DNA of 64,000 nt from Lingula anatina (GCA_051362555.1 CM120641.1:3844001-3908000), one strand, 5' to 3'; positions 39,501 through 53,719 are shown, numbered from the stretch's first letter. Notes: generated by a model not told the origin, from the sequence alone. Program-made: numbers and translations.

Positions 39501-41050
39501 CATACACTGGCAAAAACAAATGCATTCACACTCTGACAAACATACCATAATACAACAGCTTCATCAGTGAGACAGCTTTACTTATTAGTCAGAAAGCCCC
39601 TACCCTGAGCCTGCCCAAGAGACTACATTCTTATACATCAATCTACAAAGAAACTCAATTACAAACTTCTCTGCTTCATAAACTCCTAGGGAAGATATAA
39701 ATGACATTCTGATTGGCCACTTTGATACCTAGTGACCACAACACTGGGCACAACACTGGAACCACTGGGCTATGACTATGATCAAATGCTTCTGGCATTT
39801 TGAAATCTGATAGTCAAATTAGTTCCATAACAATGAGAGCTTGTGATGTCATTTAGTTTTTTGTCTGTTTAACAAAGTGGCAAAAGTACATGTAGTTCAG
39901 TCTTGAGTTAAATCTTGTAAAGGTGGCAACCACATGTAGAAGAGTTTGGTTACACTTGTCTGTAAATGGGGTTTCAGTCTCACATATGGTTGATCAACTT
40001 TCCCTGGTCAGGATAGATATAAAAAGACTTGGGTAAGTTGATTGTACTGCATTGTACAGAGACCACAGCTAATGACTGGCATTGCATAAAAAGTATATGT
40101 ATCCGTATGGTGTTATAAAAAGCTAAACTGATCAATCTGGGACAGGGTTATCCAGCTACCTTCATATGAACTAGGTTTTTTATTACATTATGCAGAAGCC
40201 ACACCAGTCTCTGCTGGAGATAATGCAACCAACATTGACAGCCATTTTTAGATTGGTTGGTCTTATTAAACTGTTTAGTCTATTTTGGGTGAATTGTTAT
40301 CACATTATAAGCAAACACAGTATCTGTATGTATATATATTGGACCCTTGTTCCATTGCAGCTGCTGTATTTATCAGCATTTCACTTACACATAATATGTC
40401 AAATACAGTTTAGCACTTAGGGTGTGGTCCCATATTGGCTTTCTGATGATATTTTATTGGTTAAGAAATATGTGGGCCAGAATGTTTTTCTATTGAAATA
40501 GCAACAGCTAAATTCTTGGCTAAATTTGACTTCAATTCCTTGTGGCCATAACCTTAACACAGCTTGCTCAATCATTTTTTGATCCAAATTTTTCTTCTTG
40601 CTCACAGGCAGGGTAACATAATAACAGCTGATGAGAAAGAAACAGTTAACTCTCAAGAGAACAATAAACATGATGTGCGAATGATGGTGAAGATTGCTTA
40701 TGGTTTTTAATTGAGTTGGATTGCCAAATGGATCCTCTGCTTATAACCATTCATACATGAAAAAAAAAACTAGTAATTTCACTTTGAAGTATTGATCTCA
40801 GCTTGAACACAATGAGTGTTAATGAGCCAGAGTGCAGTGTAGGTTTGTCTTCATGTCACAGAGATGTCTTATACTGTACATGGTTGATTATACTTGTACT
40901 GATCAACATTGCCAGCATGACTAAGTGATCTACAATTGGAAAAAAATTCAGATACTTTTCCTCATACTAGCGAACATTGTGATTTTATACCTGCACTCTC
41001 TCATCACCAAACCAAACTGACTTTTAAAAGTATGTTCCTAATGGAACATA

Positions 41051-41087
<37 letters not shown>

Positions 41088-44000
41088 GAAGGAGGAATGG
41101 AGGGGATTGTGCATATGAAACTTGTACAGACAAAAGTAACTTTCATTAGCTGTCTTACTGCCTTTAACCCTCCATTCATCCACCAGTTTACTGCAGCATG
41201 GTGCACAAAAAGCTGTCCTCAAGCAGAGTTGAAAAAAAAAATGGAAGGTGTTTGCAAACACTTAGCACTCAGGACTATATTAGCTTAAGAGGGCTAAAGC
41301 TGACATATTTGGAGACTATGTTTATAATCCTGGCAGCAAATGTTGGTTGTTGTGACCTGTGTATTTGGTGACTCCTCTCTTGAGCAAGTTATTATTGACA
41401 CTCGGTGAGAGTCATATGCCACTCAGTCACAGCACAACCAGGCTGCTTTCAGTTAAATGAATCAGTCATAGTTTCATAAAATGCTCCTAGACCAATATCA
41501 CAGAGTTGACTAATAAAGCTCAGACTTTCTGCTTTTTATGAAACAAGGCCATTTGTATTCAGTTGCACTTAATGGGTGGTATTCTTGCTTTGGTTGATTT
41601 TAACATTGACATACATATTGTTCCTGTATTATGTATAAGTATTAACCTAGATTTGCGTCATAGGTGCTATTTTTTATTTAGTTTCATAAGAGTTTTAATG
41701 TTAAAAGAAAATTATTCAAATGAGCATTTTCAATTATTTATGGTTGGAAACATGTATTTTTGGCAAATTTTGCTATAAAATTTGGATGTAATTCACTTAT
41801 TATCTGAAAATATGATTGGATTATTAACATTAATTTTCTCCATTAATGCCTCATTATTTTTCATCAGTGTGTAGAATATTTCATCCAGGGACTAAAAATG
41901 TTCTGGAACTTAAATTGAGAGGGACAAGTGGGACAATTTGGCCTTCTAATGAATATTGCTTGTTGCCATTTGGTTGTAAATGCCATGTTTGAGAAGAATT
42001 CAAGCTGAGAATACCACAACCTTTGTAAGTGGTTTCCTCCAGGGTGGTATCACATATTGTAGTAATAGAATAGGCTAGAGTTATGTAAAATGAGTCACCT
42101 GTGTTTAAAAAATGACTTCGTTGCATTTGTATTTGGCCACATGCAGGCACAAAATACTTGGTCTAAAAGCATCCTCTGGTAAAGCAACAGGCACATATGA
42201 TAATACCTATTGTTAATACTGAATAACTGATTACCAGCCTGGATTCTTGGTAACATCTTTATTCTTATGACAGAAAAAACAATATTAACTTGTACCAATT
42301 AAGATTAATTGTAAAAGGTTCTTGCAATCACATGATTTCAAAATAATTTACTGATGAGTTAAAATAACTTGGTATTCAGCATACATGTATGTTTCAAAAT
42401 CAATACAGTTTGTATTCGGCATATGTTTCAAAATCAGTACAGTTTTTGTTTTGCTTTATTGATGAAAAGAAAAAAAATATGTACATAAAAATAAGGTCAA
42501 ACTTGCAGAAACTCAATAAATTATATGTTCATTTATATAAAGGACATGCTTCTGAACTCATCCTTCAAGCAGATGTCATTACCAAATTACTGGGTTTGGT
42601 ATAAAAACTGCAAGCGTATGATTTGCAGGCAAATAAATCATACCTACAAGGAGCTGGAATTCACCTTAATTTACATCTGAATTGAAAAGGGGCCAGTAAT
42701 CAAAACATTTTCAACAACTCCACCCTGCTTCTTCAAACACTGTTCAATTGTATGTCTAGCTGTGCACATTGAATTTATTATTGAAGTAACACTTGGCATT
42801 AAAACAACAAGATAAAGAAAACAGATATGAAAATGATGATATATTTTTATAAAAAGATGATTTTGCACAAGTGAATAGGTAGATTATTGAAGTACAAGGG
42901 TTTGATAAGAGATCTATTATTGTAAATGGTTTTGCTAAGATGTGATAAAGTGCAGGTTATGTGCCATGTCACTTGATTGATCAACTTCTTCAGTGATGGC
43001 AGATCATGTAGTGCTTGCAAGTTCTATATTTATACCATCCAACTGTTCTTATACTGGTATATACTGTATTATTTAATGGATATTTAAGGCTATGGACCAT
43101 TGGCTAAAGGTATTCCAGTATATTTAAACTGTTACGGTATGACAGCTCTGAATACTGAATGATGTTAATGTTCTAGAAATTTAAAAAACTTGAGTTTTGA
43201 AGATTATTGCAGTAATTATCCTATCAATATCAGTAGTGCTTCTGTTGCAACTGGAAATGAGAGATGTGTGGCTAAAAAAGTTATTTTCCAATAATCTCTG
43301 AACTCAGGGTGGTTTAAAAAACTAGAAGGTACAACAAAAACTTTTCCTTGGTTTCCTTTGGCACTCTGTTCACAAAGAAGGGCACAAAAAGAACATGCCA
43401 GCCCCTCCCTTAACAATATATATGTTATTACACCTTTCACTTATGTGAGTACATCTCTTTTTTACAAGAAGATGTACATTGTTCATCTGCCCTTCAATCA
43501 GAGGTTCATAAAAGTATTTGCTCTCTATGATTGTAATGAAACCTAAAATAACCTTGAAAGTATTTTATGAATCCTTGCCAGAAAACATGCAACCTGTTAT
43601 TTTATTTGTAATGCCTGGGGTCTAATGATATAGGCAAAATGCATTGCGTGTTTATGAAAATATATATTTCAGCATCTAGATTATGCCTCCTATTGCTATA
43701 TGTGCCACATGTATTCATGTTCCCCATCATCAGATACAGAGCAGAGTCCAGTTCATGTTTGTTTTCACAAGAGAATTGTTAACCTTTTCCTGCCTTTTGA
43801 CAACTACACATAACTACATGTATGTGGAGTGATACCTCATCTTTGATACAAGCCAGCTATCTCATTTAGATTATGCCCAATCCCAGCACAGTTGTGAAGG
43901 CTTATTAAAGCACCTGACCTCAGTTTCACAAAAAAAGTCAGTTCCCTGGCTTAGTTGACTAGGGTTTTCATGAGAGTGTACACTGCTCTTGATAGGGTAA

Positions 44001-44144
44001 GATATGCCCATGTGACCATGTAACCTTGGTAACTAAGTTTTTAGCCAGGGAACCTGACTCAAATTTTTTTGTGAAACCGATATGTAATTTATGATAAACT
44101 CATCTGAAGGATGCATTCTAATATGTTTGTCGTTCCACAACCAA

Positions 44145-44200
<56 letters not shown>

Positions 44201-47200
44201 AGTATGTCAGATGTTAACTTGGCTTCCTTTGGGTTAGAAATAGTCGTCACACCATCTTCCCAGATAATGTGGCATTAAGTGAAGCAATCTTAACTTGACT
44301 GGAATCACAACTGTATATGGCTCTAAGTTAAACCATTTTAACTTGACCGGAACCACAACCACAGGTGTGCCTTCAGGAGAGACTCTGGAACTGATACACC
44401 TAAGATGGACTCCCAGAAGGGTACATCCTTAAGGAGGGATTAGACACTAACATTTCTGTGTCTGATTAAACTTAAGGGTACTTCAGAAGAGATATCTTCA
44501 GTTGATACACTCAAGGGTGACCTGATGCCTCTTTAAGTAAACTCATACAACTGATAAATGTATTTGGGGGGAGGGGATGATAAAATTGAAGCACCAGCCT
44601 AAGCACTAATTGATTAAACTTAAAGGTGCTTTAGAACTGATAGTGTCTTTAGAGGACACAGGGTTGCTTGATACCTCTTCATAGCTAGTAAAACCTAACA
44701 ACTGATAAACATATTTAGGGGAAGGTATCACTAGAATATAATACTAGGCCAAGCGTTCTTATGTTGACATTATTCTTTATGGATTACTTTATAGCATACT
44801 GAATTCACCATCTTTTTTTTCATAATTTTAATATGGCATCAAATTACCATCAGATCTGTATAAATGGTAGAAAAGTTTTCCAAAATGTGGTCACTGTGAC
44901 ATTTTAATTATTGTTTTTTTTATTTTTAGTTAATGTTTTATTTATAATCTCTCCACTAGGGTCCCAGCACTATTGGTGTTGCTCATAACCGTGCTGCCCG
45001 TCCGTTTGGTGCCTCCAACCTGAACCAGCCCCCCTCTGGGTACAAGCCAGGGGTGGTCCACTCCCAGTTCAACACCCCCATTGGTCTGTACTCTGCAGAC
45101 AACATTGCCGACACCTTTGTATCCCAGACTGCAGCCATGTCAGAGTAAGTCATCCAATTTCTATGAATATAATTGAAATGTTTTTGTAAATTTTCAATCA
45201 GATGTTTTGATTTTTTTTAACCATGTAGTGGGTATTAGTCATGTTGCGCCAGAGACCTCGGTCTTGCATTGAGATGTTTTTAAAGATTTATGACAAATGC
45301 AAATGTATGAAGCAAAGCTGGAAGTATAATTATTGTTAATGCCAAGCTTTCTGTATAAGTCCTATTTTTTCAATTTCCTTTGTTCCAGAATATGTTGTGA
45401 CTTGAATGCAGTTTCCTTTTCAATTGAAAAAAATTTAATTCATTTAAAAAAATCATTAAATGCCCAAAAGCTGTCATGTTTTTAATGAATCACTGGGTAA
45501 TCTCAGCCAAAGACTGCCGAAGAGTATAACTTCCCAACCAGGGCAAAATTATATTAACTGCTGGTATTAGGGGTTAGATCCAGTAATACAGTAAATCGAT
45601 CCTAGACCTTATATATTTTTTCGAAATTGATGTCCTGTTTTTTGTAGACTGCGAGGGCAGCCTTTGAATGTTGGGGTATCTGACTACCAAGGTAGGATTC
45701 CTGGAATTTTGAAACCCTGGAATGCCTTGTTGAAAAACTTGAAAAGTTCTTGAGATGTTTGTTATTTCTCCACACTATAGGGTTGACATACTAACACGCA
45801 TGGAGTACGTTTCAGTGCCTGCCTTCTCAGTTGTCAACAAAAGCATAAAGATGGATTTGGCAGTTGTCATTAATGTGGGATTTTCTTTCTACTCCCATTG
45901 GAAAGGTGACACTGGGTTTCATTAATTCTGCCCTGGTGCAGTGTTCTGTTGGCAAATGAATGGAAAGACATGCTGAATGCAATCATGCACACAGAAGATG
46001 TACTTTACAGTCTGAAGGGATGAGTTATGGAGGAGATTTGTTTTCATGTTTTATTGGCAGGGCTTAAAATTACAAGGGTTATGAAAATATTTCCCATGTT
46101 TTGAGAATAGATAATTCTTAAATGTCTCCCTCACAATAATATTGAATGCTAAAACATTTATAAGCATTCGGTCTGTTAAAGCTTTTACAGTACACCTTTT
46201 TCCTCAGTAGATTCCATGTTAATTAGCCAAAAGACTTGGTGGAATATCCTTATTGGGACATGACAATAAGAAAATAGGTTTATTAGCCAGTCCCTACACC
46301 ACCACTTCCTAACGCGTAGATAAGTATTTCATAATTGCTTAGGAAAAAAATGCACTCTAAAAATAGCTTCCCATCTGCTCTTGAGAACTAGCATGTTCAA
46401 AAGCAAAAAGAAAAAAAAGAAGATAGCGTCAACACAGCTGAGTGAGCAAAGAAATGGCGTAACTGAAATAAGAAATGTCTGCACTGCCATTTCTCAAAGC
46501 CGCAGGTGATGTAAACACCTGTTTTTGTGAATCATGCTGCTGACACCTGTTATGGTCAGTGTCACACACAGCAGATACTGGTCATTGTCTTGTATTGTCT
46601 CACATTGCTGCAGGTCTATGTGTTCTGTAGTTGGCATGGGAATAATGTAGAAACAGATTGATACTCCATACTTTATGACTAAAAGTCTACATCATATTTT
46701 AATGTTCCACATCCATGCAGAAAGATGTGCATAAGAACACTGTTGAGGAATTATAAGGGCACTTGACTAAACCTCATCACATTATTGATTAATGCTGGTA
46801 GTTTAGATACTTAGAATTAAGATGCTGTGGGAAAATGCATCAGGGCACCCTGACAGGCACACCTAAAAGCTACATGTACATGTTCTGCCACAATGTATGT
46901 TATATGCTTCAGGTGAATGTGTTGACTTTGTGGGAAAATGCATGAAAAATTCCAAAAGTCAGATATAGGTTTGATGCTATCATGGTAGCAATTTTGCAAA
47001 ATATAAATGAAATGAATAAATGAATGTTATGTAAAGACTTTAAAGAAATGATAATAGTTTCTGGGATTCATATCCATTCTACTTTAAATTTTACACCCCT
47101 TTCAAATTTTTGAAATAGATGAAATGGTATTTTGAAAGATGAAATATCTTATGAAAAAGAAAATATAGGATCTTCCCCATTATTTCAATTTATTTTGTGT

Positions 47201-50200
47201 CTATGAACTAATTAAACTTTAAAAGAGTTGTAATGGCCTTTAAAGAACTAAACAGTTCCTCTTGGTGGGTATCTACACTTTAATTGCTGGTCACCCAAGA
47301 AAATAACTAGTATTTTTTATTACAACTTCCTGTATCAGATTAAATTGTTGTTTCTTTTCTTTCGTCTCCTTTTGTGAGTGGACATAGTCCAATAGTGTTC
47401 ATGGTTTTTGCAGGCAGTGTATGCAGAAAACCTGTCCAACAGGATTGTGCATGTGATTTGAGATGTGTTTTGGCTTGTTGTGTAATTTTTTTCCTAACTG
47501 CATGTTTGTTTGATAATTTTTTGTAGCCTAGATATCAATGATCAGGCAGATGGCAATTTTCCACCTCCACCACCACCAATTGCAGCCCCAGCCCCAGCTC
47601 CAGCCCCATCCCAGCATTCATCAGCAACATGGCGGCCGCCTTCTCAGACTCCGCAGGCACCACCTGTGAAGATACAGCCAGCACAATATCCTCCTCCTCC
47701 TCCCTCTCAAAAACTTTACACAGGGGCACCACCCCCGGCACCACCAGCTCCTCCAGCACCACCAGCTCCAAGTGGTTCCAGAGCACATGTGGTCTCAAAA
47801 GTGGCGCCACCTTCAGCACAGCCTGTAAAAGTTGCTGGAATTGCACCAAAGGCGGCACCTGAACACGTAAATGGAAATCACAAAAAAGGCGAAGAAAATG
47901 GCAACCATAATTTGCCAGCAGATGCCCCCCCTGAGATCTCGCCCACTTTGTTAGCATTGCAGGAGGAGCTGAAGGCCCAGCAGAGAGGAGAACAGGAGGT
48001 GTTTAAAGGTTTGGGGATGTCCAATACAGAGAATCACCAATCACGATCATTCCGCTTGTTGAAGGAGGATTTAGACAGTGGTGGAACAGGTAGTTTAAAA
48101 TTGTTGTCCTCTGTCCTGTAAAATAATCAACTGCCAGTGATATAAAAGGGAGAAATGCATAAATAATTGTAATTGTGTGTTGTTGTGTTATGTTATGTGT
48201 AGTTATTTTTTTTTAGTTTGTGCTTGTTGTACTGTTTTGCGCTCCCAAATTATGTTACTGGTATATTTTTTTCTTTTTTTTTTTCTGCAGTATTACAAGT
48301 TTTCCTAACACTTGCCTCATGTTGGCATGTGCAATGTTTGTTGTTTGAATTACTCATTATTTTTATTTACAAATTCTCAATTACCCATATTTTGCACCAC
48401 AGCGTGTATGAGACTTCTGGTGATATATTTTATGTGTTGATTAACTAAATTACAGCTGTTGTTCAAAGAGTTCATTATGTGCCTGCACATCATGAACATG
48501 AACATGAAGAAGAGGGTGAGTTGAAGCATGGTTTTATGTTTGACTGCTGCAGGATTCCTGTCTTTATTTTCTGATAATATAAATCAGATTTCTCTATTTT
48601 TTTTAGTCCTTCCTATTTTTTTCCTTCTTTCTTTTCATATATATTCATGCATTAAATTATTTATGTATGATGTATATTTAACCACAAAATAGATATGTAG
48701 ATTTTAGAATCTTTTATTGTAAGTATCATTTAGTATTTTGTGAACAATTTACTAAAAGTTTGTCAGTATACAGGAATTGAAAGTTAAATGGTATTGCTAC
48801 TAATTAAAAAAAATACAAGGAATTAAAACCCTGCAGCAGTCAGAAAGATAATTATGGTTACAGCATGCTTTGCTTCAGTTAAAACAAAAATGGGAAGGAT
48901 GTTATTTATTTATTTGGTAAAGGTGGACAGAAACACCACCATGCATGAATAACAAATGAAGGGGCTTGCGGATATATTAAAACATTTGAAGAAATATAAT
49001 AAATTTTATTATACCAAAGGATCAAAATAAAAAAAAGTTTCTGTTTTTGATAACAAAAAATGGTTTTTGATTTGTGAAATTATTATCAGATTTTGATCCT
49101 TTGGACATTTAAAACAAGATATACTCTATCCATATGTACAACACACACACACACACATACACACACACACACACACACACCGTTGTATTGAACATGTCAG
49201 TGTACGTCAGTCAGGTGGAGGTCAGAGGTCAGGGGTCACATTGCTACCAACATCATGTGACAGTGGGTTACTGGGAAGGGTACTGTAGCAGAGAACAATG
49301 ACTGATAGGAGTGAGAGGAGAGTAGCTTTTACTTGCAAATGGGTGGGATTAACCTTTGTCATAGCTTCTTTAACCTTATGGAGATGGTTTATCATGGTAT
49401 AAATTTGATTCTTTGAAAGATTCGGGTGAATCTTTGGTCTTTTTAATGAAAAAATAAAATGACTTTTGTGTCTAAGGCTTCGTTCACATGCAATGTCTAT
49501 TTTCTAAATTCTATTTTCTATTCGCGCTATCTTATGATCACGGTCTGTGCACTGAACATCCCGCCGCGTAATTACTGGCAGCGCGAGCCAGTTACTTATA
49601 GTAACTTATAGTAACTGGCTCGCGCTGCCAGTAATTACGCGGCGGGATATTCAGTGCACAGACCGTGATCATAAGACATGCCGCAAATAGAAAATAGAAT
49701 TTAGAAAATAGACATTGCATGTGAACGAAGCCTAAGATAAATTTCCCTTCACAGAATCCTACCACTGAAGATTTTGGTGTAAATTTTGGCATCTGTGCAT
49801 CAGGTTTGACATAAACAAACAAACAGATCACAGAGGGACTCCTATTGTGTTCAATTAATTTTTTTTAATTTATCATTTTATGAGTTGGTATCATTCAAAT
49901 GTCACACTGGAAAATATAGTATTTATTGCTAAAATTTCTATTTTCTGTCTATCTCAGGTCAGTCAGTCCCGGGTATGCGCTCTGTGAAAGCCCCCCAGAC
50001 CAGAGCCCCTGGTGCGCCGACTCAGCAATCTGGCGAAGCTTGCGCCATTTGTGGCATGCTGGTCACGTAAGTTGTCGTCTTGAAAGAATTTCTTTTTTTA
50101 TTGGCTCGATCTTTCTGAGTGGTCTTGCCTAAATAAAGTGTTCTTTAAAATTTTTTGAGGTGTGGCTATCACTAATCTCAAGTCCTATATCTTGATAACT

Positions 50201-51530
50201 CAAATTTAATTGACTAGATATCCAGGTGAAAAGATTTGTAATTTTTTAATGTATATTTAATTCAACTGTCACTTTGACAATAATGAGATGTTACAAAGTA
50301 TTAGTAAATATTAGCTATTTCCTCTTTGGAGAAGAAATACAGAATTAAAACGTCCTAAATGAGTGCATGATGCACATTGTTGATATTAGCTCTTTGAATT
50401 TTTTTTATATTTTTAGCTTTTTAAATTAAATTATGTTATTGGACTTTTGCAGAGGAGTGTTTGTTAAAGTGAGAGGCAAGCCCCTCCATGCTGACTGCTT
50501 TAGGTGTGACGAATGCAGGAAGAGTTTAAAAAATCAAGGTATTTCCTCAATTTAGGAACTGAACTAATGTTTTAAATGAATAGCATTTGCTAATTTACCA
50601 GATGTCGTGGACTGTGGAGTCTTATACTTGAAGACTAAATGCAGGTAAATGGAGTGGTATTTGCAGATAGGTTGAGTCCTATATGTGCAGATGAAGTGAA
50701 ATGTCACAATTTGTGTATGGTTTATAACATGTAAATTCAACAGTTCATACCAAGAATTCTGAAGATGTTAGGAAAACAAAATATGAAATAAATGTGCTTG
50801 TTAGTTAAGACCATACTTAAGTCCAACATATTTGTTCATTAAGGATTGAGAGAATGACATTTAGATTACATAAATGATATTTAAAAAAAGATGAATATTT
50901 GTAGCCAACAGCAGCTATTTACCACAGTGATTTGTTTACTTTGAAATCAGGTTATTTCTGGATTAATGACCGTATGTATTGTGAGGAACATGCCAAGAAG
51001 TTGACCCAGCCCCCTGACCCTGACCTGGTAGCAGTCCCCATCTACAGGTGAGAATAAACAGCAGATAGCGCCATCTAGTGTTTAAAATGTTTGCATACAT
51101 ATATTTTATCTGTTTACAAAAAGAAAAAATGTCACCAAAATCTGTAGTTGAAAATGTTATTAGATTTTATGTTACAGTTTTTCAAGTTCAAAAGTACTTC
51201 TTGTTTTTTCCCCTTTTGTCACATATATTCAGTCAACTTTGGCTGATTCCTATGCAGATTTTGATGAATTTGTTTCAAAATGTTACCTAGGAATCATTTA
51301 AATTACATGCTTTCTTGCTTGAACAAGAAAACAATAAATTTGTGGCATATTTCATTCTAGTATTGAGAACAGGAATGGCATTTAACTCATACTAGTAAAG
51401 ATTTAAAAATGTCTAAACCAGCTTTATTTTCGTACAAAAATTACTCAGTACATGTATGTATTTAATGTGTGTGTGTGTTTTTTTTTTTGATGGTTTCAAA
51501 TTTTGATGCATATCTTTTATTTTCAGATAA
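24473..51530 (+). CDS. Gene 2 (complete, 481 aa): ALP-subfamily PDZ and LIM protein (PDLIM1/2/3/4-like). Exons 24473-24589, 35851-36002, 37465-37597, 44960-45144, 47527-48089, 49958-50066, 50453-50538, 50951-51047, 51527-51530
   Basis: All junctions GT-AG and in phase (1446 nt). PDZ; IGVAHNRAARPF; ZM VVHSQFNTPIGLYSADNI; AM QSRSFRLL; GMRSVKAP; single LIM CAIC-HADC-CDEC-CEEH. These motifs are characteristic of ALP proteins. Confidence 0.93.
26236..28922 (+). mobile_element. Helentron/DINE-1-like element of the same family, three head-to-tail units
   Basis: Same termini as 11502-14607 in opposite orientation; the head sequence agatgtgtctgtacatattgccatcacctgcg recurs near 26249, 27144 and 28316. 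Confidence 0.78.
35851..36002 (+). CDS. Gene 2 exon 2: VNPGSVAERCGLHPGDAVLQINGQNADYMEHEQAKKEIVRAGNQVEFIVER
   Basis: ttacttgcag| acceptor, AG|gtaagt donor, 152 nt, PDZ C-terminal part. Confidence 0.95.
36911..37076. mobile_element. Small MITE with CAGGCCCGTAGCCAG terminal inverted repeats
   Basis: 15-bp perfect TIR; TATGT flanks both sides. Confidence 0.75.
37465..37597 (+). CDS. Gene 2 exon 3: GGVRIWKPKVTPMSELRPGELQTHGVPNEPAPIQRTSLAHHEIQ
   Basis: gttttacag| acceptor, CAG|gtagat donor, 133 nt, phase 2 to 0. Confidence 0.9.
43921..44079. mobile_element. MITE-like inverted-repeat element
   Basis: gtttcacaaaaaaa..gtcag.ttccctggct is mirrored at the right end. Confidence 0.55.
44146..44198. repeat. 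(TTA)n microsatellite
   Basis: Directly visible. Confidence 0.95.
44960..45144 (+). CDS. Gene 2 exon 4: HNRAARPF and ZM motif (VVHSQFNTPIGLYSADNI)
   Basis: ctctccactag| acceptor, |gtaagt donor, 185 nt, phase 0 to 2. Confidence 0.95.
47527..48089 (+). CDS. Gene 2 exon 5: Pro-rich linker plus AM motif (SPTLLALQEE...QSRSFRLL)
   Basis: tttttgtag| acceptor, CAG|gtagtt donor, 563 nt, phase 2 to 1; ORF 47510-48121. Confidence 0.92.
49141..49180. repeat. (CA)n microsatellite
   Basis: Directly visible. Confidence 0.9.
49476..49732. mobile_element. PIF/Harbinger (Tourist-like) MITE, almost fully palindromic
   Basis: GGCTTCGTTCACATGCAATGTCTATTT... long inverted arms; TAA target-site duplication on both sides. 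Confidence 0.88.
49958..50066 (+). CDS. Gene 2 exon 6: GQSVPGMRSVKAPQTRAPGAPTQQSGEACAICGMLVT
   Basis: tatctcag| acceptor, |gtaagt donor, 109 nt, phase 1 to 2. Confidence 0.92.
50453..50538 (+). CDS. Gene 2 exon 7: GVFVKVRGKPLHADCFRCDECRKSLKNQ (LIM)
   Basis: cttttgcag| acceptor, AAG|gtattt donor, 86 nt, phase 2 to 1. Confidence 0.93.
50951..51047 (+). CDS. Gene 2 exon 8: GYFWINDRMYCEEHAKKLTQPPDPDLVAVPIYR (end of LIM)
   Basis: aaatcag| acceptor, AG|gtgaga donor, 97 nt. Confidence 0.93.
51527..51530 (+). CDS. Gene 2 terminal exon coding part (A + TAA stop), followed by 3' UTR
   Basis: atcttttattttcag|ATAA completes the AGA Arg codon and the stop. Confidence 0.7.
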
Positions 51531-53713
51531 ACACTTATTCGGAACATAAAAATGTTTCTTGTGTCAAGATGGAAGCTGTGTGAACTTTGACGTGTGAAGC
51601 CATAATATATTAAGATGACAGGGTACAGGCCCAGAGGACAATTGGGGGGGGGGTAATTTTGTGTGGGGAAATCATATGGTGTCTATGAGTAAAAACACCA
51701 CTTATAAAACTACACAATGTTACATTATTTATTTTCCCAAACCACTTGCTGCATTTTCACGGAGTGCATGGAGCATTGTGTGAATTAATCAGCTATGAAT
51801 ACAGTGAGTTGAAGCAATAAATGAAATATAAGCACCTATTGCCACATTATAAGGTTGAAATATAAAAAAAAACTTTTTATACATAATATCTAATAATTGT
51901 TATCCTCTCTTCCAATTGTCTATTATATAATTTGCTTCTTCCAATCAATGTAAACATATTTTATTTGAAAGACATTGAATTAGTAAAAGGGGTTTTACTT
52001 CAAACAATACTATTTTGAATTTTTTTATTGTTATGCAGCCCCATTAGTGAATGCCAGGTTGGTCCCAATGTATAAGCCATGTTATACAAGAATTAAGTTT
52101 ATCATTCACTGTTTACATGCAGTTAAGAGAAAGATTCATTCTACACATTTGTTAGAAGTATTTTTTTTTCTTTTTCATGAAATTCTTCAATTGTTTACTG
52201 TTTTCTTTGTTTATGTTGAAATTTTACACCAGTTGGTGAAAAATGTTGCAACTGCAGATGATAAGATGGAAAAACAAAAGGGCACACAAACCAAAAAAGT
52301 GGGTGGTCCCAGGTGTCAGCTGTCACCAAAGACTGGGAAACATTTATAAAAATTCTTCTACACAAAGATTTTTGTGAATGTTATGTTATTTAGCAAGTAG
52401 ACTTTATTATTAGGGTAGCAACCTGTAAAAGATCTAGTACGAGAATATTTCTTACAGAAAAGTAAATTTTGGTACAACTATTTTAAATGTAAAGCCAGTG
52501 TATTTTATAACACTAGAAATCATTGTTTAGTATTTACAAAGCATGAAGGCATTATACTTACACCCTTGTAACCTTTATATTATGTTATTTATTTATTTCA
52601 AAACCTACAGTGTCATTGTTTAGCTTGGCTAGAAAAATTATTTAACCCACATGCCAAAGTATTATCATTTCTCTTCATATTTATATACATTTTATTCTAA
52701 TATAAGTCCTTGATATCATTCACTATTTAGTTTTTTCACACCATCTAGTCGAAATCCTTCATTTGATTTTTTAGTGACTTATATGAAAAGCAATTCTGTT
52801 GTGCTGCATACCAATTTGAATTATACAGTTTAAAATGCTTGAGGAGATGTAGATGTATTATGTTTTTGCTAAGGAATCCACTATTTTCAGTCATACTTTA
52901 GTGGCAATATTTGATTTTTTTCATATTACATTGTAACTCTTTGCCCTCTGAATTAAGTTTGCTGGAAAGAAAGAACTCTTATTTGTTTACCTTATTTTGA
53001 TGAAGATATTTATACTACGGGATTTGAATCAGTGGTTAAACTCATATTTTTCAGCATTTTTATTATTCTTGAAAAACTATTTGAAAATGCCAAATTATAA
53101 AAGTTCAAAAAAAAATTAATACTTATATTTAGTTACGTGACATGTTTTTTTTTTTTTTTTTTTTTTTTCATAATGTTCTTGCTGTTTTCCTGCCTATCTT
53201 TTTGTTTTTCTTCAATATTGGATATATGTTAACAGTTTCTGGGGGTATTTAATTTTCACTGCAAATTAGATGATATCTACATATATAGTATGACCTGAAA
53301 ACATTTTGTGTACATAAAGAATCGAGGTTTTATCTGGAGAGTGAAGTGCAAATTCTGCTGTCCAAGTTACATAGGCACAGATTTTCAAATGTTAACAAGG
53401 CAAATTAGGGAGCAGGTACTTCAAGAAGAATAAAATGGAGAATGCTTCCTCAATGGTGTATCAACAATGAAACCTTTGGCCCTAAGGTGCTTACTACAAG
53501 CACGGGGCGTGAAAAGTAAGCAAGTGAGAAATAGCATTACAAACTGTCATTCATTATTTTCCTTTATTTTTTTCATGTAGTCTTCCCAAATATCTATACC
53601 CCATGTATTTTCCATAAAGAAGAGGAATGTTTAACCTTCCAAACAACCACTGTACTTGCAGATGTATTGCAACTTTATATTGTAAATATTAATTTCCTAT
53701 CTTATTAAAGTCA

Positions 53714-53719
53714 AATAAA
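53714..53719 (+). terminator. Candidate polyadenylation signal of gene 2
   Basis: AATAAA followed by T/GT-rich sequence, coinciding with the end of the CpG-depleted domain. Confidence 0.4.

Noticed and set aside
37598-44959. Short ORFs in gene 2 intron 3 as extra exons
   Set aside because: No recognisable motifs or convincing phase-0 splice pairs; flanking exons already join in frame.
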